This document shows, in pieces, positions 38,985 through 48,037 of a stretch of DNA of 64,000 nt. Position numbers and translations under genes: made by a program. Positions within the stretch are counted from its first letter, which is position 1. Each line of letters begins with the position of its first letter. Source of the stretch: Candidatus Multivoradales bacterium (GTDB lineage: Bacteria; Acidobacteriota; Thermoanaerobaculia; Multivoradales; JAHEKO01); the NCBI GenBank assembly GCA_965223155.1, contig CBDCVR010000013.1:544001-608000 (forward strand), given 5' to 3'. The notes below the pieces were generated by a model. It searched no databases and had not been told where the DNA came from. It saw only the letters and a program-made list of their open reading frames with translations.

Positions 38985-40241
38985 ATGACGAACGCCACGA
39001 CTCGCCGACGGCCCGCTCGCGGGCCAGCCTTCGCCCTGGCGGCCTGCCTGCTTCTGGCAGCGGGCACCCTCCGGGCCGACACCGTGTCCACGGGCACCAC
39101 TCCTGGGGGCGCTCACTATCAGATCGTGGTTCCGGACGCATGGAACGGCGGCCTCGTCATCTGGAATCACGGCTTCTCGCTCAGCGCCCCCGATCCGCCG
39201 TCCGACCCCGGTCCGCTGTCGGTCATCCACCTGCAGGAAGGCTATGCCGTGGCGGCCTCGAGCTACCAGCTCCCCGGCTGGGCCTTGTTCAAGACCAAGC
39301 AGGACCTGGAGGCCCTGGTGGCCCGGTTCACGGAGGAGTTCGGCGCGCCCGACGAGGTCATCCTGTACGGCGCCTCGCTGGGCGGCATCGTCACGGCCCA
39401 CGCGCTCGAGAAGGCCAAGCTGGGCAACGTGACCGGGGCCTTGATGTTCTGCGGCGCGGTCGCGGGCAGCCGCAACTGGGACGGAGCCCTAGACATGCGG
39501 CTCCTCTACGACGCGGTCTGCTCCGACGTGCCGGACGCGGCGATTCCGGGCGGCGCCAAGGGCCTGCCCAAGAACACCAGCCTGACGCGAGCCGACGTCG
39601 AAGGCGCCGCCAACGCCTGCTTCGGCTTGGATCGCAAGAAGAAGAGGCGAACCGCGGGCCAAAAGCGGCGCCTCAAGAAGTTCCTGGAGGTCGCCCGGAT
39701 TCCGGAGAGCTTCGTCCAGACCAACCTCTGGTACGTCACCTTCGGCTTGAGCGACCTTACCTACGACCGCAAGAAGATGCGGGGCAAAGTCGCGATCGAG
39801 AACAAGAATGTCCAGTACGGCGACGCCGAGATCGACGCCACCATCGAGCGGGTCGCCGCGCGCAAGGCGCGCAAGCGCAGGCTCGCCCGGAACTACACGC
39901 CGAGAGGCAACGTCGGCGACGTCAAGATCGTCTCGATCCATACCGATAAGGACGGTCTGGTGATCGTGGAGAACGAGAGCGCCTACGCCTCGGTGGTGCC
40001 GCCGGGCAACCTGACGGTGGGCGTCGCGGTCGAAAGGACCCCCAGCCACTGCATTTTCACGCCCTCGGAGATCGTCGGCGCCTGGGAAGCCCTGCGCGCC
40101 TGGGTCGGCGGCGAACCGCAGCCCTCGGTGGCCGATCTCCAGATCTCTTGCCAGGCCTGGCAGCCCCTCTTCGGCGGCGGCTGCCGCTTCGATCCCGACT
40201 ACGTCGTCGGCAGCATCGACAACCGGATACGGCCGCGCTGA
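38985..40241 (+). CDS. Secreted alpha/beta-hydrolase-fold protein
   Basis: AGGAGG RBS; signal peptide; WNGGLVIWNHGF, nucleophile elbow GASLG, D.LV and a C-terminal HC.F His. Confidence 0.82.
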   Translation: MTNATTRRRPARGPAFALAACLLLAAGTLRADTVSTGTTPGGAHYQIVVPDAWNGGLVIWNHGFSLSAPDPPSDPGPLSVIHLQEGYAVAASSYQLPGWALFKTKQDLEALVARFTEEFGAPDEVILYGASLGGIVTAHALEKAKLGNVTGALMFCGAVAGSRNWDGALDMRLLYDAVCSDVPDAAIPGGAKGLPKNTSLTRADVEGAANACFGLDRKKKRRTAGQKRRLKKFLEVARIPESFVQTNLWYVTFGLSDLTYDRKKMRGKVAIENKNVQYGDAEIDATIERVAARKARKRRLARNYTPRGNVGDVKIVSIHTDKDGLVIVENESAYASVVPPGNLTVGVAVERTPSHCIFTPSEIVGAWEALRAWVGGEPQPSVADLQISCQAWQPLFGGGCRFDPDYVVGSIDNRIRPR

Positions 40242-40245
40242 CCGG

Positions 40246-40809
40246 CTAGGACCGGCCCGCTCGTTCGACGATGCGGCGGGCGTGATGAGCGTTGTGGTAG
40301 AGCGTGAAGTAGAGGATCTCGCGCACCGTCAACTTACCGATCAGCGGATGCGGCAGCCGGTACCGGTCGAGCGCCGCCCCAGGCCAGGTTTCGACCTGCC
40401 GCAGCAGATCCTTGTTGGCCTTGCGCCAGCGCCTCAGCAGACGCTCCCGCCGCTTCTCACCCGTGTCCGCCGGCGGCCGGCGCCGTGGATCGAACGGCCC
40501 CAACGCCACTGCGCCGCGGGCGAGCGCCGTTCGGTAGCCGTCTACCACCTCCTCGTAGGCTCCAGAACCGCCCCGCGCAAGGCCGAAGCGGAGCGCGAGC
40601 AGGAACCGCGGCCTGGCCATCGCTCCGGCCACCGCCCGTACCGCAATGGTCAGATGGCTCAAGTGCTCGGCCGGAGACCAGTGCTCGCCCTGCGGCTCCT
40701 CGAACACTGCCAGGTCCATCGAGCCCAGATAGTCTTCGATCTCGCCACCCAGCTCGCCGAGCGAACCCGTCAGCTCTTCCGTCGTCCGTGGCGGCTCGAA
40801 CGCGAACAT
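40246..40809 (-). CDS. DinB/DUF1569-like protein
   Basis: WSPAEHLSHL and PHPLIGKLT..E...F...HNAHH His triad. Confidence 0.85.
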   Translation of the reverse strand: MFAFEPPRTTEELTGSLGELGGEIEDYLGSMDLAVFEEPQGEHWSPAEHLSHLTIAVRAVAGAMARPRFLLALRFGLARGGSGAYEEVVDGYRTALARGAVALGPFDPRRRPPADTGEKRRERLLRRWRKANKDLLRQVETWPGAALDRYRLPHPLIGKLTVREILYFTLYHNAHHARRIVERAGRS

Positions 40810-40917
40810 GCGCTCATCGTATCCGAGTCTCCGAAGCGCTCGGCCGGACGCATCTCCCATCGGGTACCGCTGGTAAGCTCGGCCCGACCTGAACCTCGCT
40901 CAAACCTGGGAGGAACC

Positions 40918-42015
40918 ATGCACGATTCCCGCGCCGGCGGCGGCAAGCCGCTATCCCGTCCCTCGTTCGCCGCTCTACTCGCCGCAGGCTTGATCCTCGC
41001 CGCGTTGACGACTCCCGTCGTGGCCGAGGACCCCCGCTCGGGCCTCGATCCCGACAAGCCGTCCAGCTATTTTGACGCCATGCCCATCCAGAGCCGATCG
41101 ACTCCGGTGCGCGAGCTTCTGGACGAGATCGACGAGACCTGTACTCGTATCAAAGCCTCCTGCGAAGCCGGCGCCCGGCTCCTGGAGCTCATGTTTCGCG
41201 GTAGCTACCGGGATGAGCTGCCCGATTTTCTGGTGAGACTCCACGGGGATGAGGGCGAGAGGCTGTCGCCCGGCCAGCCCGTCCTGATCTTCAACCGCAA
41301 GAACACGCCGTATCTGCTGGGCGTCCAGCACCTGACCGTGCTGGTCTTCTCGGAACGGCCCGTGGACATGCGGGCGCGCCTGACCACCATTCGTGAAAAG
41401 CAGGTCAACCCGTTTTCGGGTCTCCTGGGAGTCGTCGGTATCGATGCCGGCGAGACCAGTCCCACCGTCGACACTGAGGAGGAGGACCGGGAGTTGCGCT
41501 GGTCCCTTCTGAGTTCGGACCAGGATCCGGAGCCGCTGTACGTGGGCCGCGCGCGCCTGCCCATCCGCGCCGACATCATCGCCCGCCTGACCCTGATCCC
41601 GAAGGAGCTCAAAGACGTCACCTTCCAGTCGATCACCGGCCACCTCAGCAACTCTCGGCCCAGCGGCGCCGCCTTCGCGGTAGCCCTGGGCGCCACCTTC
41701 GGCGTCGATGACACCCGACTCGGCGAAGAGACCTCCGACCCGGCGTTCAACGGCTACGTGATGGCCAAGTTCTACCTGCCTGGACGGCGTCCGCTGATCG
41801 AGGTCAAACCCGGCAAGCGCTCCTTCTACCGCCGCTCCACCGCAGTGGTGTTCGGCACCAACGTGGTCTCAGACACCTTCGAGGAGATCGTCCTGGGCCT
41901 GTCCTTCGGGCACCTGGTGGGCAAGACCGGCCTCCTACTGGCAGCCAACTGGGTCACCGGCCTGGACGGCGAGCGCGAGGCCAAGATCCTCGCCGGCCTC
42001 GACGTCACTTTCTGA
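40918..42015 (+). CDS. Hypothetical exported protein, possible outer-membrane beta-barrel C-terminus
   Basis: GGAGG RBS; signal peptide ending VVA; amphipathic strands; terminal GLDVTF. Confidence 0.7.
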   Translation: MHDSRAGGGKPLSRPSFAALLAAGLILAALTTPVVAEDPRSGLDPDKPSSYFDAMPIQSRSTPVRELLDEIDETCTRIKASCEAGARLLELMFRGSYRDELPDFLVRLHGDEGERLSPGQPVLIFNRKNTPYLLGVQHLTVLVFSERPVDMRARLTTIREKQVNPFSGLLGVVGIDAGETSPTVDTEEEDRELRWSLLSSDQDPEPLYVGRARLPIRADIIARLTLIPKELKDVTFQSITGHLSNSRPSGAAFAVALGATFGVDDTRLGEETSDPAFNGYVMAKFYLPGRRPLIEVKPGKRSFYRRSTAVVFGTNVVSDTFEEIVLGLSFGHLVGKTGLLLAANWVTGLDGEREAKILAGLDVTF

Positions 42016-42046
42016 GCCAGGGGCTGGCCCGACCGCCTGACCGAGA

Positions 42047-43162
42047 CTAGCCGGCGTCCGGAGTCGCGGCCTCCTGACGGAGCCTCTTGCTCATGAAGAT
42101 CCGCTCGGAGCCAGCCGGGTAGTCTTCGAGCCGGGCGAACTCCCGGTATCCCGCCCGCCTGTAGAAGTCCGGTGCCTGGTACGAGAAGGTGTCCAGGTGG
42201 ACGTGCTGGCATCCCCGGTCCGCCGCTTCTGCCTCGATTGTTTCCAGCAGGCGGCCTCCCAGTCCCCGGTCGCGCACCTCGTCCGAAACCCAGAGCAGCT
42301 TGACATGGAGCCAGTTCCAGTTGACGTGGCCGGTCACACCGGCCACTACCGAGCCAGCAGGGCCGCGCACGAAGAAGCCCACGGCCTCGAAGCCGGGGCG
42401 ATCGACCGACCCCGTCGCGTGGCGGTCGAGCCCGGCGGCCAGGGCGGCCACGTCGGGCTCCAGCGGCGGTGCCGCGCGCTCAATCGAAAGGTCCTCCAAC
42501 GGCTCGGCCACCGACGCCAGGTCGGCCGCGTCCATCGGCCCCGGCCTCAGGGCAGCGAGCTCCCGATCGTGTCGCCTGGCGAGCAGCAACTGCGCCGCCA
42601 CCGCGCCCGAGAGCGCCAGGAACATGTCCCACTGCGTGTCCCAGACGTCGCCCTGCGTCGCCAGGAAATCTTCGGCCGCGCCTCCCCCGATCAAGGCGGT
42701 CCACCATTCTAGAAACTCGTACGCGGCGCTGATCGCCAGGCACACGGCGCACACGATCCAGACCAGCCACTTCCCGCGCCGCAATGGAGACCGCCTGAGC
42801 AGGATCTCCCGCGCAAGGATCGCCGGCACGAAACCCTGGGCGATGTGCCCAAGGCGGTCGTAGTGATTCCGGGCCAGGCCGAAGAGATCCGCGAACCAGT
42901 CCCCGAGAGGCACCCGGGAGTAGGTGTAGTGGCCCCCGACCATCAGGATCACCGCGTGGAGGAAGATCAGCCGGTAGGCCAGCGGGGTCAGCGGGAAGCG
43001 CCGGTAGGTCGCGATCAGAATGGCGGCGCCGATCAGAACCGGGGCCACCTCGAGCAGCCAGGTGACGCGCTCATAGGGCCGGTAGCCGGACCAGATGAGG
43101 ACCGCCACGGTCGCCGCCAGCAACCAGAGCGGTTCGCGGCGGTGGCGTCCCCTAGCCGGCAT
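42047..43162 (-). CDS. DUF2238 (YjdF-like) membrane domain fused to a GNAT acetyltransferase
   Basis: TWLLE...GGHYTY..VP...RNHYDRLGH...QGDVWDTQWDM, then LWV....RDRGLG...DTFSYQAPDFY. Confidence 0.85.
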   Translation of the reverse strand: MPARGRHRREPLWLLAATVAVLIWSGYRPYERVTWLLEVAPVLIGAAILIATYRRFPLTPLAYRLIFLHAVILMVGGHYTYSRVPLGDWFADLFGLARNHYDRLGHIAQGFVPAILAREILLRRSPLRRGKWLVWIVCAVCLAISAAYEFLEWWTALIGGGAAEDFLATQGDVWDTQWDMFLALSGAVAAQLLLARRHDRELAALRPGPMDAADLASVAEPLEDLSIERAAPPLEPDVAALAAGLDRHATGSVDRPGFEAVGFFVRGPAGSVVAGVTGHVNWNWLHVKLLWVSDEVRDRGLGGRLLETIEAEAADRGCQHVHLDTFSYQAPDFYRRAGYREFARLEDYPAGSERIFMSKRLRQEAATPDAG

Positions 43163-43169
43163 GGCTCAC

Positions 43170-43466
43170 CTAGCCCCCGCCGCCACAAAAGGCCAAGTCT
43201 AGCTCGGCCGCGAGAAGATCGGGAAACGCGGCCAGGGCACTCTGCACGTGCTCGGTCCCGAGATGGGCGTCCACCGCCTCCCGGCTGGCCCATTCCTCGA
43301 CAAAGAAGAATCGTTCGGCTCGGTCGAGATCTTGCCAGAGCTCGTAGCGCACGCAGCCTGCTTCGGCGCGCGTCGGCTCCACCAACGCCTCCAGCACCAC
43401 TCGTAGCGACTCGGCGCTGCCCGGCTTGGCTTCCAGTTGGGCGACTACTTTCAGCGTTTCAGCCAT
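43170..43466 (-). CDS. Antibiotic biosynthesis monooxygenase (YgiN-like) protein
   Basis: AGGAGG RBS; AKPG...PTRAEAGC..YEL...F.FVEEWAS...AH...H. Confidence 0.9.
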   Translation of the reverse strand: MAETLKVVAQLEAKPGSAESLRVVLEALVEPTRAEAGCVRYELWQDLDRAERFFFVEEWASREAVDAHLGTEHVQSALAAFPDLLAAELDLAFCGGGG

Positions 43467-43503
43467 CGTATTTCCTCCTGATGCCACCCGCCCGACCGTG
43501 GCC

Positions 43504-44118
43504 TCAGCAGAAACCACCGGGGCGAATGAACGTCTCTCGTTCGGATTCGATGCGATCGTACACAAGACAGCCGGGCAGATGGTCGTTGACCATGCCCATC
43601 GACTGCATGAACGCGTACATCGTGGTGGGCCCGACGAAGCGCCAGCCGCGCCGCTTGAGCTCGCGGCTCAAGGCCTCGGACTCGGGTGTCGAGGCTGGGA
43701 GGCCTCGCCGGCGAACGGTGGGCTCGAACTTCCAGACAAAGGCCGCCAGGCTACCCGCCTCGGCCGTCAGATCACGGACCAGCTTGGCGTTGTGGATCAC
43801 GGCCTCGATCTTGCCGCGATGACGCACGATCCCGGCATCGGCCAGCAACCGCTCGACGCTTCTCCGGTTGAACCGAGCCACCTTGCGGAAGTCGAAGCCC
43901 CGAAACGCCCGCCGGAAGTTGTCACGCTTGCGCAGGATGGTCAGCCAGCTCAGGCCGGCCTGAAACCCCTCGAGCGAGAGCTTCTCGAAGAGGCGGACGT
44001 CGTCGGCAACCGGACGGCCCCATTCCCGATCGTGGTAGCGAACGTACTCCGGGTCCTCACCGCACCACCAGCAGCGCTTGCGGCCGTCGCCGGCCGGGAT
44101 CAGCCTGGGACCCGCCAC
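43504..44118 (-). CDS. tag: DNA-3-methyladenine glycosylase I
   Basis: RCWW...YHDREWG, LEGFQAGLSW and FVGPTT...MVNDHL..C motifs. Confidence 0.97.
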   Translation of the reverse strand: MAGPRLIPAGDGRKRCWWCGEDPEYVRYHDREWGRPVADDVRLFEKLSLEGFQAGLSWLTILRKRDNFRRAFRGFDFRKVARFNRRSVERLLADAGIVRHRGKIEAVIHNAKLVRDLTAEAGSLAAFVWKFEPTVRRRGLPASTPESEALSRELKRRGWRFVGPTTMYAFMQSMGMVNDHLPGCLVYDRIESERETFIRPGGFC

Positions 44119-44130
44119 CTCCGGCGCTCT

Positions 44131-44412
44131 CTAGTCGGTGCGCTCGGTGACTTCCACCAGATGGAAGCCGAACTGGGTCTCGACCGGGCCCTGGACTTCG
44201 CCGACCGGCGCCGAGAAGACGACCGCGTCGAACTCCGGGACCATCTGACCGGGGCCGAACTCGCCCAGCTCGCCGCTCTGTGCCCGCGACGGGCACTGAG
44301 AGTGCTCAGCGGCAGCCGCGCCGAAATCGAGGCCGTCTTGGATCTCCTGCTTCAGCCGCTCGCAGGCGTCGCGGCTCCCTACCAAAATGTGTCGGGCCTT
44401 GGCTCGTTTCAT
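44131..44412 (-). CDS. ppiC: Parvulin-type peptidyl-prolyl isomerase
   Basis: ARHILV, HS.CPS...GELGEF.PGQMVPEFD and TQFGFHL motifs. Confidence 0.95.
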   Translation of the reverse strand: MKRAKARHILVGSRDACERLKQEIQDGLDFGAAAAEHSQCPSRAQSGELGEFGPGQMVPEFDAVVFSAPVGEVQGPVETQFGFHLVEVTERTD

Positions 44413-44885
44413 GATTCCTCCTTGATTGTTGCTCGTTCGGCTCCGGCCGCGCGGGCCAGGGTTTCCGGCTCGATCTCGAACACCGCATAGGGGCTCCCCG
44501 CGGCCGCCCACACGGTCGAATAGAGCCACAGGTCCTCGTCCATAAGAACCACCGCTTGCGGCCGATGGCCCACCGGTGGCACGCCGCCGATGGCGAAGCC
44601 GGTACGGTCGCGGACGAACCGGGCATCGGCCATGGCGACCTCTCCGCCAACGTGGCTTCCGACTCGTTCCAGGCTCACCCGATTGCCACCGCTCGCGAGA
44701 ACGACGATCTCGATCTCGTCGGCCAGGCGCCGCAAGACGATCGATTTGGCGATGCGGGCCACCTCGCAGCCGACGGCGGCCGCCGCCTCGTTCGCGGTCC
44801 GAGTGGACTCCGGGAAGCGGGCGATCCGGCAATCCAAGCCCCGCTCCTCCAAGAGGGCGGCGACGCGTTCCGGACCGCTAGCCAC
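44409..44885 (-). CDS. YbaK/EbsC family aminoacyl-tRNA editing protein
   Basis: STRTA.EAA, IAKSIV, TGFAIGGVPPVGH and WAAAG motifs. Confidence 0.92.
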   Translation of the reverse strand: MASGPERVAALLEERGLDCRIARFPESTRTANEAAAAVGCEVARIAKSIVLRRLADEIEIVVLASGGNRVSLERVGSHVGGEVAMADARFVRDRTGFAIGGVPPVGHRPQAVVLMDEDLWLYSTVWAAAGSPYAVFEIEPETLARAAGAERATIKEES

Positions 44886-45846
44886 CGACCGCCCCCGGCA
44901 CGGCCTCGGCACCGCCTAGAAGCGCCTCGGCGAAGCGCCTCGGATCGAAGCGCACCAGATCGTCGACACCTTCCCCGACTCCGAGGTAGAGCACCGGAAG
45001 GCGCAGCTCGCGGGCAACGGCCACCGCGACGCCGCCCTTGGCGGTGCCGTCGATCTTGGCCAGCAGCACGCCGGTCAGCTCGGCGACGTCCGCGAACTGA
45101 CGAGCCTGGACAATGGCGTTCTGGCCGGTGGTGGCGTCGATCACGAGTACGGTGCGCAGCGCCCAGCCCTCGGCCTCGCGCTCGATCACGCGCCGAATCT
45201 TGGCCAGCTCGGCCATCAGGTGCTCTTTGTTGTGGAGGCGGCCGGCGGTATCGACCAGCAGCTCGTCCACGCCCCGCGCCCGGGCCGCCTGAACCGCGTC
45301 GAACACAACGGCGGCTGGGTCGGCACCCGCGGGCTGCTTGACGATCTCCACGCCCAGCCGTTCGGCCCAGATCGAGAGCTGCTCGGCGGCCGCGGCCCGG
45401 AAGGTGTCGGCGGCCGCGAACAGGACCTTGCGGCCCTGCTGCTGGGCATGTCGGGCCAGCTTGGCCGCCGAGGTCGTCTTGCCCACGCCGTTGACGCCCA
45501 CCAGCAGCGTCACCCTAGGGCCGTCCGGCTGCTCCGCCGGCTGAGGCGCGTCCAGAAGCAGTACCGCCAGCTCGTCCACGAGGCGCTCCCGCACGCGCAC
45601 CAGATCGCCCCCTTCGAACCGGCGGGCGTCCCGCCGCACCGCCTCCACCACCTCGAGCGAGGTCTCGACGCCGACGTCGGCGGCAATCAACGCCTCCTCG
45701 AGACGCTCGAGCGTATCTTCGTCCAGGACCGCGCGCCCGGCCACCGCCGCCTCGACCTGCTCGAAGAGCTCGGTGTGGGTCATGGCCAGGCCCCGGCGCA
45801 GCTTGCGCCAGAACCCGCCCTGTCGCTCCTCCCCCAACGACGTCAC
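44878..45846 (-). CDS. ftsY: Signal recognition particle receptor FtsY (short NG form)
   Basis: GVNGVGKTT, DTFRAAA, DTAGR, DATTGQN, KIDGTAKGG and GVGE motifs. Confidence 0.97.
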   Translation of the reverse strand: MTSLGEERQGGFWRKLRRGLAMTHTELFEQVEAAVAGRAVLDEDTLERLEEALIAADVGVETSLEVVEAVRRDARRFEGGDLVRVRERLVDELAVLLLDAPQPAEQPDGPRVTLLVGVNGVGKTTSAAKLARHAQQQGRKVLFAAADTFRAAAAEQLSIWAERLGVEIVKQPAGADPAAVVFDAVQAARARGVDELLVDTAGRLHNKEHLMAELAKIRRVIEREAEGWALRTVLVIDATTGQNAIVQARQFADVAELTGVLLAKIDGTAKGGVAVAVARELRLPVLYLGVGEGVDDLVRFDPRRFAEALLGGAEAVPGAVGG

Positions 45847-46211
45847 CGCGGGAAGAGCTCGCGCCGAAGATTCACCGCGGCTTCAGCGAGATGTTTCCGA
45901 GCGAGAGCGGACAGGCCGGGACGAGCCTGGAGCAGCACCAGGAAGTAGTCATCCGGGAGGCACGCTGCGTAGACCTCTGCGCCCCGGTGACGAACGTGCA
46001 GAATCCGAACCTCGCCCAGGCCGTCCGCCGCGAAGTTGGATCGGAGCTGGCGCAGGGCGATTTCGAAGTAGGCGCCAAAGACCCGTAGTTCCTCCGGGGA
46101 ATTCTCCGCACTGGCCAGATCGATGGTCTCCCCGGAGTCGTCCAAGAAGATCGCGCCGAGCGCGTTCGGGACCTTCGCCAGAAGGTCGGCGAGAACGTAT
46201 TCGAACGGCAT
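45843..46211 (-). CDS. Roadblock/LC7 (MglB-like) domain protein
   Basis: L..L...VPNALGAIFLD.SGE; helix, then strands ending YFLVLL and a final helix; GTGA overlap with ftsY. Confidence 0.75.
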   Translation of the reverse strand: MPFEYVLADLLAKVPNALGAIFLDDSGETIDLASAENSPEELRVFGAYFEIALRQLRSNFAADGLGEVRILHVRHRGAEVYAACLPDDYFLVLLQARPGLSALARKHLAEAAVNLRRELFPR

Positions 46212-46227
46212 CCAGTAGCAGCCCGCG

Positions 46228-47973
46228 CTAAGTCGAAGCGACCGCCGTCAGGTCGGGTTGCTGGTCGGCCGGCGCCACCGGTGGCGCCTCCCGGATCTGA
46301 ATCTCGCCGCTCTTGAAGGCCTGGAGAAAGGCGGTCACGACCTTGGCGTCGAAGCGCTGCCCGGCTAGCTCGGTGATCCGCTCCACGGCGAACTCGGGCT
46401 CGTAGGCTCGCTGGTAGGGCCGGTTGGTGGTGATGGCGTCGAACGTGTCGGCCACCGCCACGATCCGGGCCATCAAGGGAATCTCCTCGGCGCGGAGCCC
46501 TTCCGGATAGCCGGTTCCGTTCCAGGCCTCATGATGCCAGCGAATCGCCGGAATCATCTCGCGCAGCTGTTCGATTCGCTCCATGATGTCGGCACCGATG
46601 GTCGGGTGCTGCTTCATCTGTTCGAATTCGTCGTCGGTCAGCACCCCGCCCTTCTTCAGGATCCGGTCCTCGATGCCGATCTTGCCGACGTCGTGCAGCA
46701 GAGCGCCGACCCAGACTCGGTGCTGCGCCTCCGTGTCCAGCCCCAACCAGCGGGCGATGGTGCGGCTGTGCGCCGCCACTCGCTCGGAATGACCGCGTGT
46801 GTAGGGATCTTTGGCGTCAATCGCGGCCACGAACGCCCGCATCGAACCAATAAAGAGCTCCCGGTTGGCCTGGGCCGCCTGCTGCAAGCGCTCGACGTAG
46901 TCCTGCACCGTGAGGCTCATGCGGTTGAAGTCCCGCGCCAGCTGGTCGATCTCCACGCCCACCCCGGCAACCTCGACCCGCTCGCCGAAGCTGCCCTCGG
47001 CGATCTTGTGACTGGTTTCGGTGAGCTGCTGAATCGGCCGGCTAATGGCGCGAGCAGCGAAGGCCGCCATGGCCATCGCCAGGGCCACCAGGATCGCGGT
47101 CGAGATCGCGGTCTGGAGGACCATCTGCCGGACCGCGGCGAAGGCGGTGGCCACCGGCTTCTGGACCACGACGCCCCAGCCCGGCTCGGCCACCGGGCTG
47201 ACCCGGCCCAAGACTTGCCGGGTGGCGCCGTCCACGGGGAGCGCGTACTCGGCGGTGAGATTGAGCGGCACGTTGACGAAGTCCTGGACCAGCTCGGAGG
47301 ACGCCACCGCCGTGTCCGTGGCCTCGTCCGAGCCCACCGAGTAGAGCACCGAGCCTGACCGGTCGATAAGAAAGACGGCTACGTCTCCTTGAGCCTCTTC
47401 GCGAAAAAACGTGGTCATCGGCGTAACTTCGATGACGGCTTCCACCACTAGGCCGGAGCCGCCGGGCGCCACCGCGACCACCGCGACCGGAGCCTCATCC
47501 TGGCGCTGGGGCACAAAACGGTAAGCCGGCTGGCCGTCGGCTCCGGTCTCGGCAAACGCCGCCTGCAGTGCGGTCAGGACTTCCGGCGACAGGTCGACCG
47601 TGGCGTACTGGGGACCGGCTCCGTTAGCGTCCAGCAGGCGCAGCGCGACCAACTGCTGGTTGGTCTCCAGGAACGAACGGACCCGGTCGCCAACCCAGGA
47701 CGGCGCTAGCTTCTCGGCCAGCGTGTCTCCCGGCAACGCGTCCACGGTGATGGCTAACTGCTCCACCTGCCTCCGGGTGTTGGCCAGAAAGCTGGACAGC
47801 TCGACCGACAGGAACTGAGCGGACCGCGTCAGGTAGCTCTTCTCCTGCGTCTCGAGAATCTCCCGGTTCTGCCGGATCAAGAGATAGCTGCTGATCGCCA
47901 GCGGCACGATGCCCGAGAGCAACAGAATCAGAAACACCAGGTTGCGAAGCCGGAGGCTGGAAAACGGTCGCAT
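46228..47973 (-). CDS. HD-GYP cyclic dinucleotide phosphodiesterase with Cache-like sensor and HAMP domain
   Basis: Two TMs, periplasmic sensor, HAMP; KDPYTRGHS, LLHDVGK, HHE.WNGTGYP and ADTFDA.TTNRPY motifs. Confidence 0.92.
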   Translation of the reverse strand: MRPFSSLRLRNLVFLILLLSGIVPLAISSYLLIRQNREILETQEKSYLTRSAQFLSVELSSFLANTRRQVEQLAITVDALPGDTLAEKLAPSWVGDRVRSFLETNQQLVALRLLDANGAGPQYATVDLSPEVLTALQAAFAETGADGQPAYRFVPQRQDEAPVAVVAVAPGGSGLVVEAVIEVTPMTTFFREEAQGDVAVFLIDRSGSVLYSVGSDEATDTAVASSELVQDFVNVPLNLTAEYALPVDGATRQVLGRVSPVAEPGWGVVVQKPVATAFAAVRQMVLQTAISTAILVALAMAMAAFAARAISRPIQQLTETSHKIAEGSFGERVEVAGVGVEIDQLARDFNRMSLTVQDYVERLQQAAQANRELFIGSMRAFVAAIDAKDPYTRGHSERVAAHSRTIARWLGLDTEAQHRVWVGALLHDVGKIGIEDRILKKGGVLTDDEFEQMKQHPTIGADIMERIEQLREMIPAIRWHHEAWNGTGYPEGLRAEEIPLMARIVAVADTFDAITTNRPYQRAYEPEFAVERITELAGQRFDAKVVTAFLQAFKSGEIQIREAPPVAPADQQPDLTAVAST

Positions 47974-48037
47974 GGTCGCACTCGAGCGGGCCGGGAGCGG
48001 TCGAAGCCGTCCCGAGTTCCGTCGACACCTTAACGAA

